Assembly (NCBI GenBank): GCA_051747085.1
Contig: JBNJFS010000003.1
Coordinates: forward strand, 1 to 32,736
Reading direction: 5' to 3'
Length of the DNA stretch: 32,736 nucleotides
Origin: Bacteroidota bacterium
GTDB lineage: Bacteria; Bacteroidota; Bacteroidia; Bacteroidales; UBA12077
Shown: piece by piece, positions 16,867 to 24,486 of the stretch
Layout: the number at the start of each line of letters is the position of its first letter
Numbering within the stretch: position 1 is the first letter of the stretch
Notes under the pieces: generated by a model
Told to the model about the DNA's origin: nothing
Database searches by the model: none
The model's input: the letters and a program-made list of their open reading frames with translations, nothing else
Program-made: the position numbers and the translations under genes

Positions 16867-19314
16867 ATGAAGATATCATACAACTGGCTCAAAAATTATA
16901 TCGATACAGATTTATCGCCCAACGAGGCAGCAAAAATTTTAACCAACACGGGATTAGAAGTTGAAGGGATTGAGCATTTTGAGTCGGTAAAAGGAGGACT
17001 AAAAGGTTTAGTCATTGGCAAAGTTACATCCTGCAAAAAACATCCAAATGCCGACAAACTGAGTATAACTACTGTTGATATTGGCGAAGGAAAAGAGCTA
17101 CCCATTGTTTGTGGGGCTCCCAATGTAGCGGAAGGACAAAAGGTAGTTGTGGCTAAAGTAGGTACAACTTTATATTTTGGTGAAGATGAGTTAAAGATAA
17201 AAAAAGCAAAAATACGTGGAGAAGTTTCGGAAGGAATGATTTGTGCCGAAGACGAAATTGGATTGGGCACCTCACACGAAGGAATCATGGTTTTGGATAA
17301 CTCGGTAAAAGTAGGCACTCCTGCCAATCAATATTTCGAGATAGAAACCGATACCATTTTCGAAATCGGGCTTACCCCCAACAGAATAGACGGCGCTTCG
17401 CACATAGGTACGGCCAGAGATTTGGCTGCTTACTTAAATCTTATAGAAAAAACCGATATCAAAAAACCATCGGTAGAACATTTTCAAATAGACAACAATA
17501 ACCTACCCATTGATATTGAGATAGAAAACACTGAAGCCTGCCCACGATATACCGGAATTACCATTTCCAACATTAACGTAGGACAATCGCCCTTATGGTT
17601 ACAAAATAAGTTAAAAGCCATTGGACTAAAACCTATCAATAACCTGGTAGATATTTCCAACTTTGTATTACACGAAACCGGTCAACCTTTACACTTTTTC
17701 GATGCCGATAAGATTGAAGGAAAAAAAGTAATAATAAAAACGTTAAAAGAAGGTTCTGTTTTCACTACCCTTGATGAAAAAGAAAGAAAATTATCGACTG
17801 ATGATTTAATGATTTGTAACCAAAAAGAAGGAATGTGTATTGCCGGGGTTTTTGGAGGAATAAAATCCGGAGTAACCGAAAACACCAAAAATATTTTTAT
17901 CGAAAGTGCTTTCTTTAATCCGGTATATATTAGAAAAACAGCTAAGAGGCATGGTTTACATACCGATGCATCGTTCCGTTTTGAGCGTGGTGCAGACCCA
18001 AATAACACAATTTACCCCCTAAAAAGGGCAGCTCTTTTGATTAAAGAAATGGCTGGTGGAGAGATATCTTCCAATATTATTGACATATACCCCAATCCGG
18101 TTAAAAGCTGCACAATTGAATTAACTTTTAAAAATTTACAACGATTAACCGGGAAAGAGATTGACAAGGATATCGTTAAAAAAATTCTTGAATCGTTGGA
18201 TATTAAAATTATCCATGAAAAGGATGACCTTTTAACCCTTGAGATTCCAACTTACAGGGTAGATGTTACCAGAGAAGCTGATGTGATTGAGGAAATACTA
18301 CGAATTTACGGATACAATAACATTGAGATTACTGACCATGTAAATTCAAGCATCTCCTACTCACAAAAACCCGATAAAGAAAAAATTCAAAATCTGATTT
18401 CGGAAACATTAACAGCCAACGGTTTTCATGAAATCATGTGCAACTCGTTAACCAAAGCTGAATATTATACTCATTTAACATCCTATCCGGCCGATCATTT
18501 AGTACCGATTTTCAATCCACTTAGCAACGATCTAAATGTAATGCGCCAAACCTTATTATTTGGCGGACTTGAGTCCATTGCGCACAATATTAATCGGCGT
18601 AATCCGGATTTAAAATTATATGAATTTGGAAACTGCTACTATAAGAAAAAAACAACAAGCGAAAATCCGCTGAAAAAATTTAACGAAAACCGGCAAACGG
18701 CACTCTTTATTACCGGAAACAAAACACCCGAAAGCTGGGTTAATAAACAAGAGCCCACCACCTTCTTTTATTTAAAGTCATTTGTTGAGAATATAGTGGA
18801 AAAACTGGGCATAGATTTAAACCAGATTCAACAAAACGGGGTAAAGAAAGATCTTTTTACCGACGGGTTAAATTATTCATTAAATAACCAGGTTTTGGTT
18901 GATTTTGGGTTTGTGAATAAAAAGATTTTAAAAACATTTGATATTGATGTACCGGTATATTATGCAGAATTCAACTGGGACAATCTGTTAAAAGCTACGG
19001 CTAAACACAACATCAGGTTTACCGAAATACCCAAATACCCTGAAGTAAGACGAGACCTTGCCCTATTGATTGATAAAGAAGTGCAGTTTAATCAAATAAA
19101 AGAACTGGCCTACAAAACGGAGAAGAAACTCTTGAAACAGGTTTCGTTATTTGATGTTTTTGAAGGAGAAAAGCTGGGTAAACATAAGAAATCGTATGCA
19201 GTAAGTTTTATCTTACAAGACGAAAACAAAACACTTACCGACAAGCAGATTGATAAGATAATGAATAATTTTATCAGGGTTTTTGAAAAAGAAACTGGAG
19301 CTCAAATTCGATAA
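16867..19314 (+). CDS. pheT: phenylalanine--tRNA ligase beta subunit
   Basis: 815 aa. MKISYNWLKNYID N-terminus, tRNA-binding OB domain (HPNADKL...CGAPN), then B3/4, B5 and FDX-ACB domains in the usual order. Confidence 0.97.
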   Translation: MKISYNWLKNYIDTDLSPNEAAKILTNTGLEVEGIEHFESVKGGLKGLVIGKVTSCKKHPNADKLSITTVDIGEGKELPIVCGAPNVAEGQKVVVAKVGTTLYFGEDELKIKKAKIRGEVSEGMICAEDEIGLGTSHEGIMVLDNSVKVGTPANQYFEIETDTIFEIGLTPNRIDGASHIGTARDLAAYLNLIEKTDIKKPSVEHFQIDNNNLPIDIEIENTEACPRYTGITISNINVGQSPLWLQNKLKAIGLKPINNLVDISNFVLHETGQPLHFFDADKIEGKKVIIKTLKEGSVFTTLDEKERKLSTDDLMICNQKEGMCIAGVFGGIKSGVTENTKNIFIESAFFNPVYIRKTAKRHGLHTDASFRFERGADPNNTIYPLKRAALLIKEMAGGEISSNIIDIYPNPVKSCTIELTFKNLQRLTGKEIDKDIVKKILESLDIKIIHEKDDLLTLEIPTYRVDVTREADVIEEILRIYGYNNIEITDHVNSSISYSQKPDKEKIQNLISETLTANGFHEIMCNSLTKAEYYTHLTSYPADHLVPIFNPLSNDLNVMRQTLLFGGLESIAHNINRRNPDLKLYEFGNCYYKKKTTSENPLKKFNENRQTALFITGNKTPESWVNKQEPTTFFYLKSFVENIVEKLGIDLNQIQQNGVKKDLFTDGLNYSLNNQVLVDFGFVNKKILKTFDIDVPVYYAEFNWDNLLKATAKHNIRFTEIPKYPEVRRDLALLIDKEVQFNQIKELAYKTEKKLLKQVSLFDVFEGEKLGKHKKSYAVSFILQDENKTLTDKQIDKIMNNFIRVFEKETGAQIR

Positions 19315-19382
19315 CTTATATTTTGATAAAATGAAAAATGCACAAAAAAGTTCATCAACCGAACACCTAAACGTTTAAAGCC

Positions 19383-19886
19383 ATGTCAAAAATTGAAATT
19401 ATTCAGGACGACATCACCAAATTAGAAGTTGATGCCATAGTAAATGCGGCCAACAAATCTCTGCTTGGCGGAGGGGGTGTAGATGGCGCTATCCACAGGG
19501 CTGCCGGAAAAGAGCTGCTTGAAGAGTGTAAAACGTTAAATGGTTGCGAAACCGGGGAGGCCAAAATAACCAAAGGTTATCACCTTCCTGCCAAATTTGT
19601 TATCCATACTGTTGGACCGGTTTGGCACGGTGCCCAAAATAAGGAGTCCGAATTACTTGCTAATTGCTACAAAAACAGTTTAAACCTTGCTTTAAAAAAC
19701 AACATTAAAACCATTGCTTTTCCAAACATAAGCACAGGAGTATATGGTTTCCCGAAAGATAAAGCGGCTGAAACAGCCATAAAAACCGTTACCGATTTTT
19801 TAGGACATACTAATCAAATAGAAAAGGTATATTTCGTTTGTTTTGACAATGAAAATTACAGCCTTTATCAAGAACTACTCAAATAA
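19383..19886 (+). CDS. macro-domain protein, O-acetyl-ADP-ribose deacetylase (YmdB-like)
   Basis: 167 aa. [33 protein letters not shown] and ISTGVYGFP motifs. Confidence 0.9.
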   Translation: MSKIEIIQDDITKLEVDAIVNAANKSLLGGGGVDGAIHRAAGKELLEECKTLNGCETGEAKITKGYHLPAKFVIHTVGPVWHGAQNKESELLANCYKNSLNLALKNNIKTIAFPNISTGVYGFPKDKAAETAIKTVTDFLGHTNQIEKVYFVCFDNENYSLYQELLK

Positions 19887-19937
19887 TTTAAAATGTTATA
19901 AGTAAGCTGTATTGCTAAATGGATATAACCCAATTTT

Positions 19938-20825
19938 ATGATTAAAGAAACACAAACTAAAGTTAAAGATTTCCTGTCCCTCGTAAAATTCAGCCACACT
20001 ATTTTCGCCATGCCTTTTGCATTTATCGGCTATTTTTTGGCCTTATATCAAACCCCCGCCCAATTTGAATGGAAACTGTTTGGACTTGTTGTGTTGTGTA
20101 TGATTTTTGCCCGAAATGCGGCCATGGCATTTAATCGTTTGGTTGACCGGGAGATTGATAACAAAAATCCCCGTACTGCATTTCGCGAAATCCCTTCTGG
20201 TATTATTAAGGCAAAATCAGCATTAATTTTTGTAATTATTAATGCTTTACTATTTATTTTAACCACCTACTTTATTAATAAAATTACGTTTATCCTTTCG
20301 CCTGTAGCCCTTTTAATTATATTAGGATATAGCATTACCAAAAAATTTACGGCTATCTGCCATTTAATCCTTGGCTTAGGTTTGTCGCTTGCACCAATTG
20401 GTGCATACTTAGCAGTTACAGGGACATTTGACTTATTACCTGTTCTTTACTCATTTGTCGTATTATTTTGGGTTAGCGGATTTGATATTATTTATGCTTT
20501 ACAGGATTTAGATTTTGATAAGGAAGAACAATTAAAATCATTCCCTGTATTTTTTGGACGAAAAGGTGCATTAAGCGCTTCTATCCTATTGCACTTTTTA
20601 TCGGCAGCAATTGTAATCATTGCAGGGCTAATTGCCGGTTTTGGATTAATGTACTGGATGGGCAGTATCCTCTTTATCATCCTGTTAATTTACCAACACC
20701 TGTTAGTTAAACCCAACGATTTAAGTCGGGTTAACCTGGCCTTTTTTACAACCAATGGAATTGCCAGCATAATCTTTGCAGTATTTACCATTACCGAACT
20801 GGTATTGGATATCTGGCTATTATAA
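19938..20825 (+). CDS. UbiA-family aromatic prenyltransferase (possibly the futalosine-pathway MqnP)
   Basis: 295 aa, about 8-9 TM helices. NRLVDREIDNKNPRT (first Asp-rich motif NxxxDxxxD) and YALQDLDFD (second motif). The MqnP suggestion rests only on mqnA being present in the same genome. Confidence 0.8.
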   Translation: MIKETQTKVKDFLSLVKFSHTIFAMPFAFIGYFLALYQTPAQFEWKLFGLVVLCMIFARNAAMAFNRLVDREIDNKNPRTAFREIPSGIIKAKSALIFVIINALLFILTTYFINKITFILSPVALLIILGYSITKKFTAICHLILGLGLSLAPIGAYLAVTGTFDLLPVLYSFVVLFWVSGFDIIYALQDLDFDKEEQLKSFPVFFGRKGALSASILLHFLSAAIVIIAGLIAGFGLMYWMGSILFIILLIYQHLLVKPNDLSRVNLAFFTTNGIASIIFAVFTITELVLDIWLL

Positions 20826-20873
20826 ATGTACCTAAAACGACATTTTGACATAACCAACTTTCCTGCAATACGT

Positions 20874-20888
20874 TGGCACAAAATTTGA
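20874..20888 (+). promoter_or_regulatory. candidate sigma-54 (-24/-12) promoter: TGGCAC-N5-TTGA
   Basis: TGGCACaaaatTTGA compared with the consensus TGGCAC-N5-TTGC. Spacing is exact and the only deviation is A for C at -12. It is intergenic and correctly oriented, about 68 nt upstream of the ATG at 20956. Confidence 0.35.
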
Positions 20889-20955
20889 ATTCTATCTTTT
20901 ACAAACTTCTTATGGCTTTAAATGAGCAAAAAAAGTAATCAATAATTTAAAAATA

Positions 20956-21165
20956 ATGGTTATGGCTGAAGAGTTGTTTTTTAAACCTTCACATTCAATT
21001 CTTGGCGGTTATTACATTCCGGTGAGGAATGACTGGAATTATCATATCAAAAGAAGACATCTGACCGCAAAAGAGAAAGAACTTTTTGAAAAAGAAATTG
21101 GTGAAAGGATAATTACAGACAATCAATACTTTAAATGGTGGAAAGAAATTCATTCTATTCATTAA
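20956..21165 (+). CDS. hypothetical small cytoplasmic protein
   Basis: 69 aa with no signal peptide and a charged, helical C-half (TAKEKELFEKEIGERII). Coding status is supported only by its position 19 nt upstream of the next ORF and by ordinary amino-acid composition compared with the low-complexity antisense ORF. Confidence 0.3.
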   Translation: MVMAEELFFKPSHSILGGYYIPVRNDWNYHIKRRHLTAKEKELFEKEIGERIITDNQYFKWWKEIHSIH

Positions 21166-21172
21166 AAAAAGA

Positions 21173-21180
21173 AAGGAGGT
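21173..21180 (+). promoter_or_regulatory. strong Shine-Dalgarno sequence (AAGGAGGT)
   Basis: 8-nt complementarity to the canonical 16S 3' end (anti-SD CCUCC core), 4 nt upstream of the ATG at 21185. I checked the 20 nt upstream of the other starts in this window and none comes close. Confidence 0.6.
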
Positions 21181-21184
21181 AATT

Positions 21185-21724
21185 ATGAAAAAAAAGAAAA
21201 CATTATTGATAATCGTTACATTTTTAATGCTGGGAACAATTATCGGTTTCTCAGTCAATGTAAATACAACCGAATCGGATAAGAAAGATACACCCCAGGA
21301 AGATACTTTAAAAACAAATCCAAAGATTGATATTAAAGTTAAAAAAGCTTACGATGATGAAGGGAACATCATCAGATACGACTCCACTTATTCATATATT
21401 TACACCTACCCTGACGGAAAACAGAGAAATATAAACATGGACAGTCTGTTTCAGAGTTTTCAACCTTACTTTTTTGACCGTAGTCCTGATATAATGCAGG
21501 ATCCATTTAAACGATTTTTCGAGAAAGATTCCTTTTATGAAAAACATTTTCTTGAGCATGATTACTTTATGCAACAATTTCAAAAAGAAAGATTCCAATT
21601 TAAAGAAATGATTAAACAAATGGATTCATTAAGAAACCAGTTTTTAAAAGATCGCTATCCTGAAATCCAGCAAAACAAAACCAAACCAACGAATAAAAAG
21701 TCTAACAACACCTATGAAATTTAA
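21185..21724 (+). CDS. hypothetical signal-anchored/exported protein, F/Y/Q-rich
   Basis: 179 aa. MKKKKTLLIIVTFLMLGTIIGF signal/anchor, then a beta-like YDSTYSYIYTYPDG segment and a helical F/Q-rich tail. Followed by a good terminator. No family recognised. Confidence 0.5.
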   Translation: MKKKKTLLIIVTFLMLGTIIGFSVNVNTTESDKKDTPQEDTLKTNPKIDIKVKKAYDDEGNIIRYDSTYSYIYTYPDGKQRNINMDSLFQSFQPYFFDRSPDIMQDPFKRFFEKDSFYEKHFLEHDYFMQQFQKERFQFKEMIKQMDSLRNQFLKDRYPEIQQNKTKPTNKKSNNTYEI

Positions 21725-21728
21725 ACCA

Positions 21729-21767
21729 AACAGGGCATTTAATTTTAATGGCCCTGTTATGTTTTTT
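21729..21767 (+). terminator. Rho-independent terminator
   Basis: AACAGGGC (21729-21736) pairs with GCCCTGTT (21751-21758). The loop can partly pair further (CATT/AATG). Followed by atgTTTTTT. Confidence 0.7.
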
Positions 21768-21972
21768 ATAAAACTTCATGGTTAATTCATAAATGAAAGT
21801 ATATTTGTAAAGTTTTTTACTTATTAAATAATTGATTTAAAGCAAAATTATCAACCTTTAATCATAAAAATCCGAACAAAAGAAATTTTTTAAAAAAGAA
21901 GTTTTAAATTTGATTAAACATTCAAAACTCATTAATATCTGCTTTGATTAAAAGCAAAAAAAATAAAATAAA

Positions 21973-22383
21973 ATGAAAAAACTGTTTTTGATTACATTTT
22001 GTTTGTTACTATTCAAAGTATCTTATTCTTTTGAGCCTACCCTATTAGGAGATAATACAGCAAACCTACATTCTTCATTACAATATGAAAATAATCAAAT
22101 TGCATATAATGCAAATTATCAGCAATTTAAAACACAATTTCTTAATCTTGAAATAAATGAATCACAGGATTATGCCAGGTTGCGAAGAAGAGGAAAAGAC
22201 GATTATTTAATGTTATATGTTGCCGGAGGTATTGCTATTGCAACAACTGCGCTAATCCTTACCAACAACCCGGATAACTTTATTTCAAACTCGCCAGGCG
22301 ATGTAAATACAGGAATAGCAATAGGAGGAGGTATTGCCTGTGGCTTAATAATAACTAAATTTATCATCGATCGGAATAGATAA
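21973..22383 (+). CDS. hypothetical membrane protein with glycine-zipper C-terminus
   Basis: 136 aa. Signal peptide (cleavage near SYS/FEP), an N/Q-rich segment, then two hydrophobic helices with small-residue zipper motifs (YVAGGIAIATTALIL; GIAIGGGIACGLII). Confidence 0.5.
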   Translation: MKKLFLITFCLLLFKVSYSFEPTLLGDNTANLHSSLQYENNQIAYNANYQQFKTQFLNLEINESQDYARLRRRGKDDYLMLYVAGGIAIATTALILTNNPDNFISNSPGDVNTGIAIGGGIACGLIITKFIIDRNR

Positions 22384-22409
22384 TTCTTAATTACGGAAGC
22401 AATTCTTTT

Positions 22410-23549
22410 ATGGTTTTTTATAAATTTATAATCAAAGGGTTAATCTTTTTGCTAATAATTTTCCAGGGGAATTGTTTTTCTCAAAAGGATAAACATATAC
22501 TAACTGAACTTAAAAATCATTCAGACGAAGTACATTCAGTCTGTTTCTCTCCTGATGGAAAATCTTTTTTAACAGGTTCGACAGATAGAAGTTTCATCAT
22601 TTGGGATTTTAATACTTTAAACCCGATAACCACGATTGAAAAACATCACGGACCGATTTATGCTTTAGCATATACCCATGACGGAAAAAATATTTTAAGT
22701 GGGGGTGATAATACCATTAAAATATGGGAAAAAGATGGGACCTATACAAAATCTTTAAACGGTCATGCAACAGCCGTTTGGTCTATTGGAGTCTCAAAGG
22801 ATAATAAATATGTTGTTTCCGGTTCATTCGATAATTACTTCAGAGTTTGGGATATTTTTGAAGGAGAGACAATCCATGTCTTCGATATTGATAAAAAAAG
22901 CATTCTGGCTACAGCAATAAATCCTGTTAATAATTTCATTGCGTGTGGCAGCAGGGATGGAACTATTGCATTATTTACATTTGACAACTTTGAAATAATC
23001 CATACATTCAGTGCTCATGGGGGAAATGTATATGCACTTGACTTTAGTCCGGATGGAAAATTATTAGCTAGTGCAGGACGTGACGGAAATATTAAAATCT
23101 GGGATATAAGCAAGAGGGAAATTGTACATCTATTAGATAAACACGAAAGAAGTGTGATGGATGTAAAATTCAGTTCAGATGGACGATATCTGGTTTCTGC
23201 TTCGTATGATGCAACGATACGATTATGGGATGTAAAAAGTGGCGAACAAATACATTTGTTTATCGGACACAAAATGCCTGTAAATGCAGTAGACATAAGT
23301 ACTGACAATAATCATATTATTAGCGGTTCGAGTGATAAAACAATAATCATTTGGGAGCTTCATCCTGAAATTTTAATAGATTATTATTTTGAAGATGAAT
23401 TTGCCAAAGAATTGGAAGAGTCGGCATTATTTGCACCCAAAAGAAGAGGCGAGTCCAGATCTGAGTATAAAGAAAGACAAGCAGAGGCAGAAAAATTTAA
23501 AAACGAATTATACAAAAAATACATTAAACGGTTAGAAAAGAAACAATAA
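22410..23549 (+). CDS. exported canonical WD40-repeat protein (7-blade beta-propeller) with charged C-terminal helix
   Basis: 379 aa. N-terminal hydrophobic signal MVFYKFIIKGLIFLLIIFQGNCFSQ. Seven GH...WD-type repeats, for example HSDEVHSVCFSPDGKSFLTGSTDRSFIIWD and HGGNVYALDFSPDGKLLASAGRDGNIKIWD. About 60-aa lysine/glutamate-rich tail. Confidence 0.85.
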   Translation: MVFYKFIIKGLIFLLIIFQGNCFSQKDKHILTELKNHSDEVHSVCFSPDGKSFLTGSTDRSFIIWDFNTLNPITTIEKHHGPIYALAYTHDGKNILSGGDNTIKIWEKDGTYTKSLNGHATAVWSIGVSKDNKYVVSGSFDNYFRVWDIFEGETIHVFDIDKKSILATAINPVNNFIACGSRDGTIALFTFDNFEIIHTFSAHGGNVYALDFSPDGKLLASAGRDGNIKIWDISKREIVHLLDKHERSVMDVKFSSDGRYLVSASYDATIRLWDVKSGEQIHLFIGHKMPVNAVDISTDNNHIISGSSDKTIIIWELHPEILIDYYFEDEFAKELEESALFAPKRRGESRSEYKERQAEAEKFKNELYKKYIKRLEKKQ

Positions 23550-23580
23550 TCTTCCTATTTAAAAATTCCTGAAAACAATA

Positions 23581-24462
23581 ATGCAGTTTTTTATTTATAT
23601 TATTTTCTCAATTTCAATTTATATTATTGCAATTATTCCTTTTTGGTTTCTATATCAATTTTCGAATATATTAGCTTTTTTATTTTATTATGTTTTTCAA
23701 TACCGAAAAAAAGTAACCCTGACCAATCTTCGGCGTTCATTTCCTGAAAAGTCTGACAAAGAAATAAGACGAATAGCCAAAAGGGCTTATGTTAATCTTA
23801 CAGATATTCTGATAGAAAGCATCAAAGGATTTACTATTTCTGAGAAACAAATTAAAAAGCGTTTTAAGATTAATAACCCCGAATTATTAAACCGATATTA
23901 TTACCAGGGAAAAAGTATTATTGGTGTTGCCGCACATTATGGCAATTGGGAATGGGGTGCTATCGCCGGCAGTCTACAAATAAAACATAAAGCAATAGCG
24001 TTTTATAAGCCATTAACGAATAAATACATAGACCGGTTCTTAAAAAAGATTAGAGCAGAAAACGGTACGTTGTTAAAATCCATCTATAAAACATCAGCAA
24101 CTTTTAAAAAATATAATAATCAAGCATGTATTTATATTCTTGTAGCCGATCAAAGTCCTTCGTCGGTAAAAAAAGCGTACTGGGTAGATTTCTTAAATCA
24201 AGATACAGCATGTTTACATGGTCCTGAAAAACATGCTAGAGATAATAATTATCCTCTACTCTTTTTAAAAATTCAAAGAGTAAAAAGAGGGTATTACGAA
24301 CTAACCGCTGAAGAATTAATTGAGAAACCAACCGAAACCAATGAAGGGGAAATTACTCAAATTTACATGCATAAGCTGGAAGAGATTATTAAAGAAAATC
24401 CGGAAAACTGGCTCTGGTCGCATAAAAGGTGGAAAAGAAAGCGGGATAATCAAAATAAATAA
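23581..24462 (+). CDS. LpxL/HtrB-family lipid A (Kdo2-lipid IVA) late acyltransferase-like protein
   Basis: 293 aa. N-terminal TM, GVAAHYGNWEW (the H-x-x-x-x-W/E catalytic-His region of the Lip_A_acyltrans family), and C-terminal NPENWLWSHKRWK. Confidence 0.72.
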   Translation: MQFFIYIIFSISIYIIAIIPFWFLYQFSNILAFLFYYVFQYRKKVTLTNLRRSFPEKSDKEIRRIAKRAYVNLTDILIESIKGFTISEKQIKKRFKINNPELLNRYYYQGKSIIGVAAHYGNWEWGAIAGSLQIKHKAIAFYKPLTNKYIDRFLKKIRAENGTLLKSIYKTSATFKKYNNQACIYILVADQSPSSVKKAYWVDFLNQDTACLHGPEKHARDNNYPLLFLKIQRVKRGYYELTAEELIEKPTETNEGEITQIYMHKLEEIIKENPENWLWSHKRWKRKRDNQNK

Positions 24463-24486
24463 TCACTTACTACGCTGTCATATTTT

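Noticed and set aside
16896-17327. 143-aa antisense ORF inside pheT. Also similar antisense ORFs at 1324-1539, 3770-4015, 6429-6788, 7689-7949, 10227-10516, 12103-12327, 15001-15201, 15943-16226, 17682-18008, 20048-20881, 23015-23308, 24679-25483, 27049-28028, 28351-29292 and 30477-31019
   Set aside because: All lie opposite well-supported conserved genes, have skewed or low-complexity composition (S/P/I/F-rich), lack promoter boxes, and are the size expected by chance on the antisense strand of AT-rich coding DNA.
20995-21258. 87-aa minus-strand ORF overlapping the 69-aa and 179-aa plus-strand ORFs
   Set aside because: Extreme F/I/N low complexity (NNVFFFFIITSFLFLMN, NFFFKKFFLF), and it would run through the SD/ATG junction. 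The plus-strand reading has a signal peptide, an SD and a terminator.
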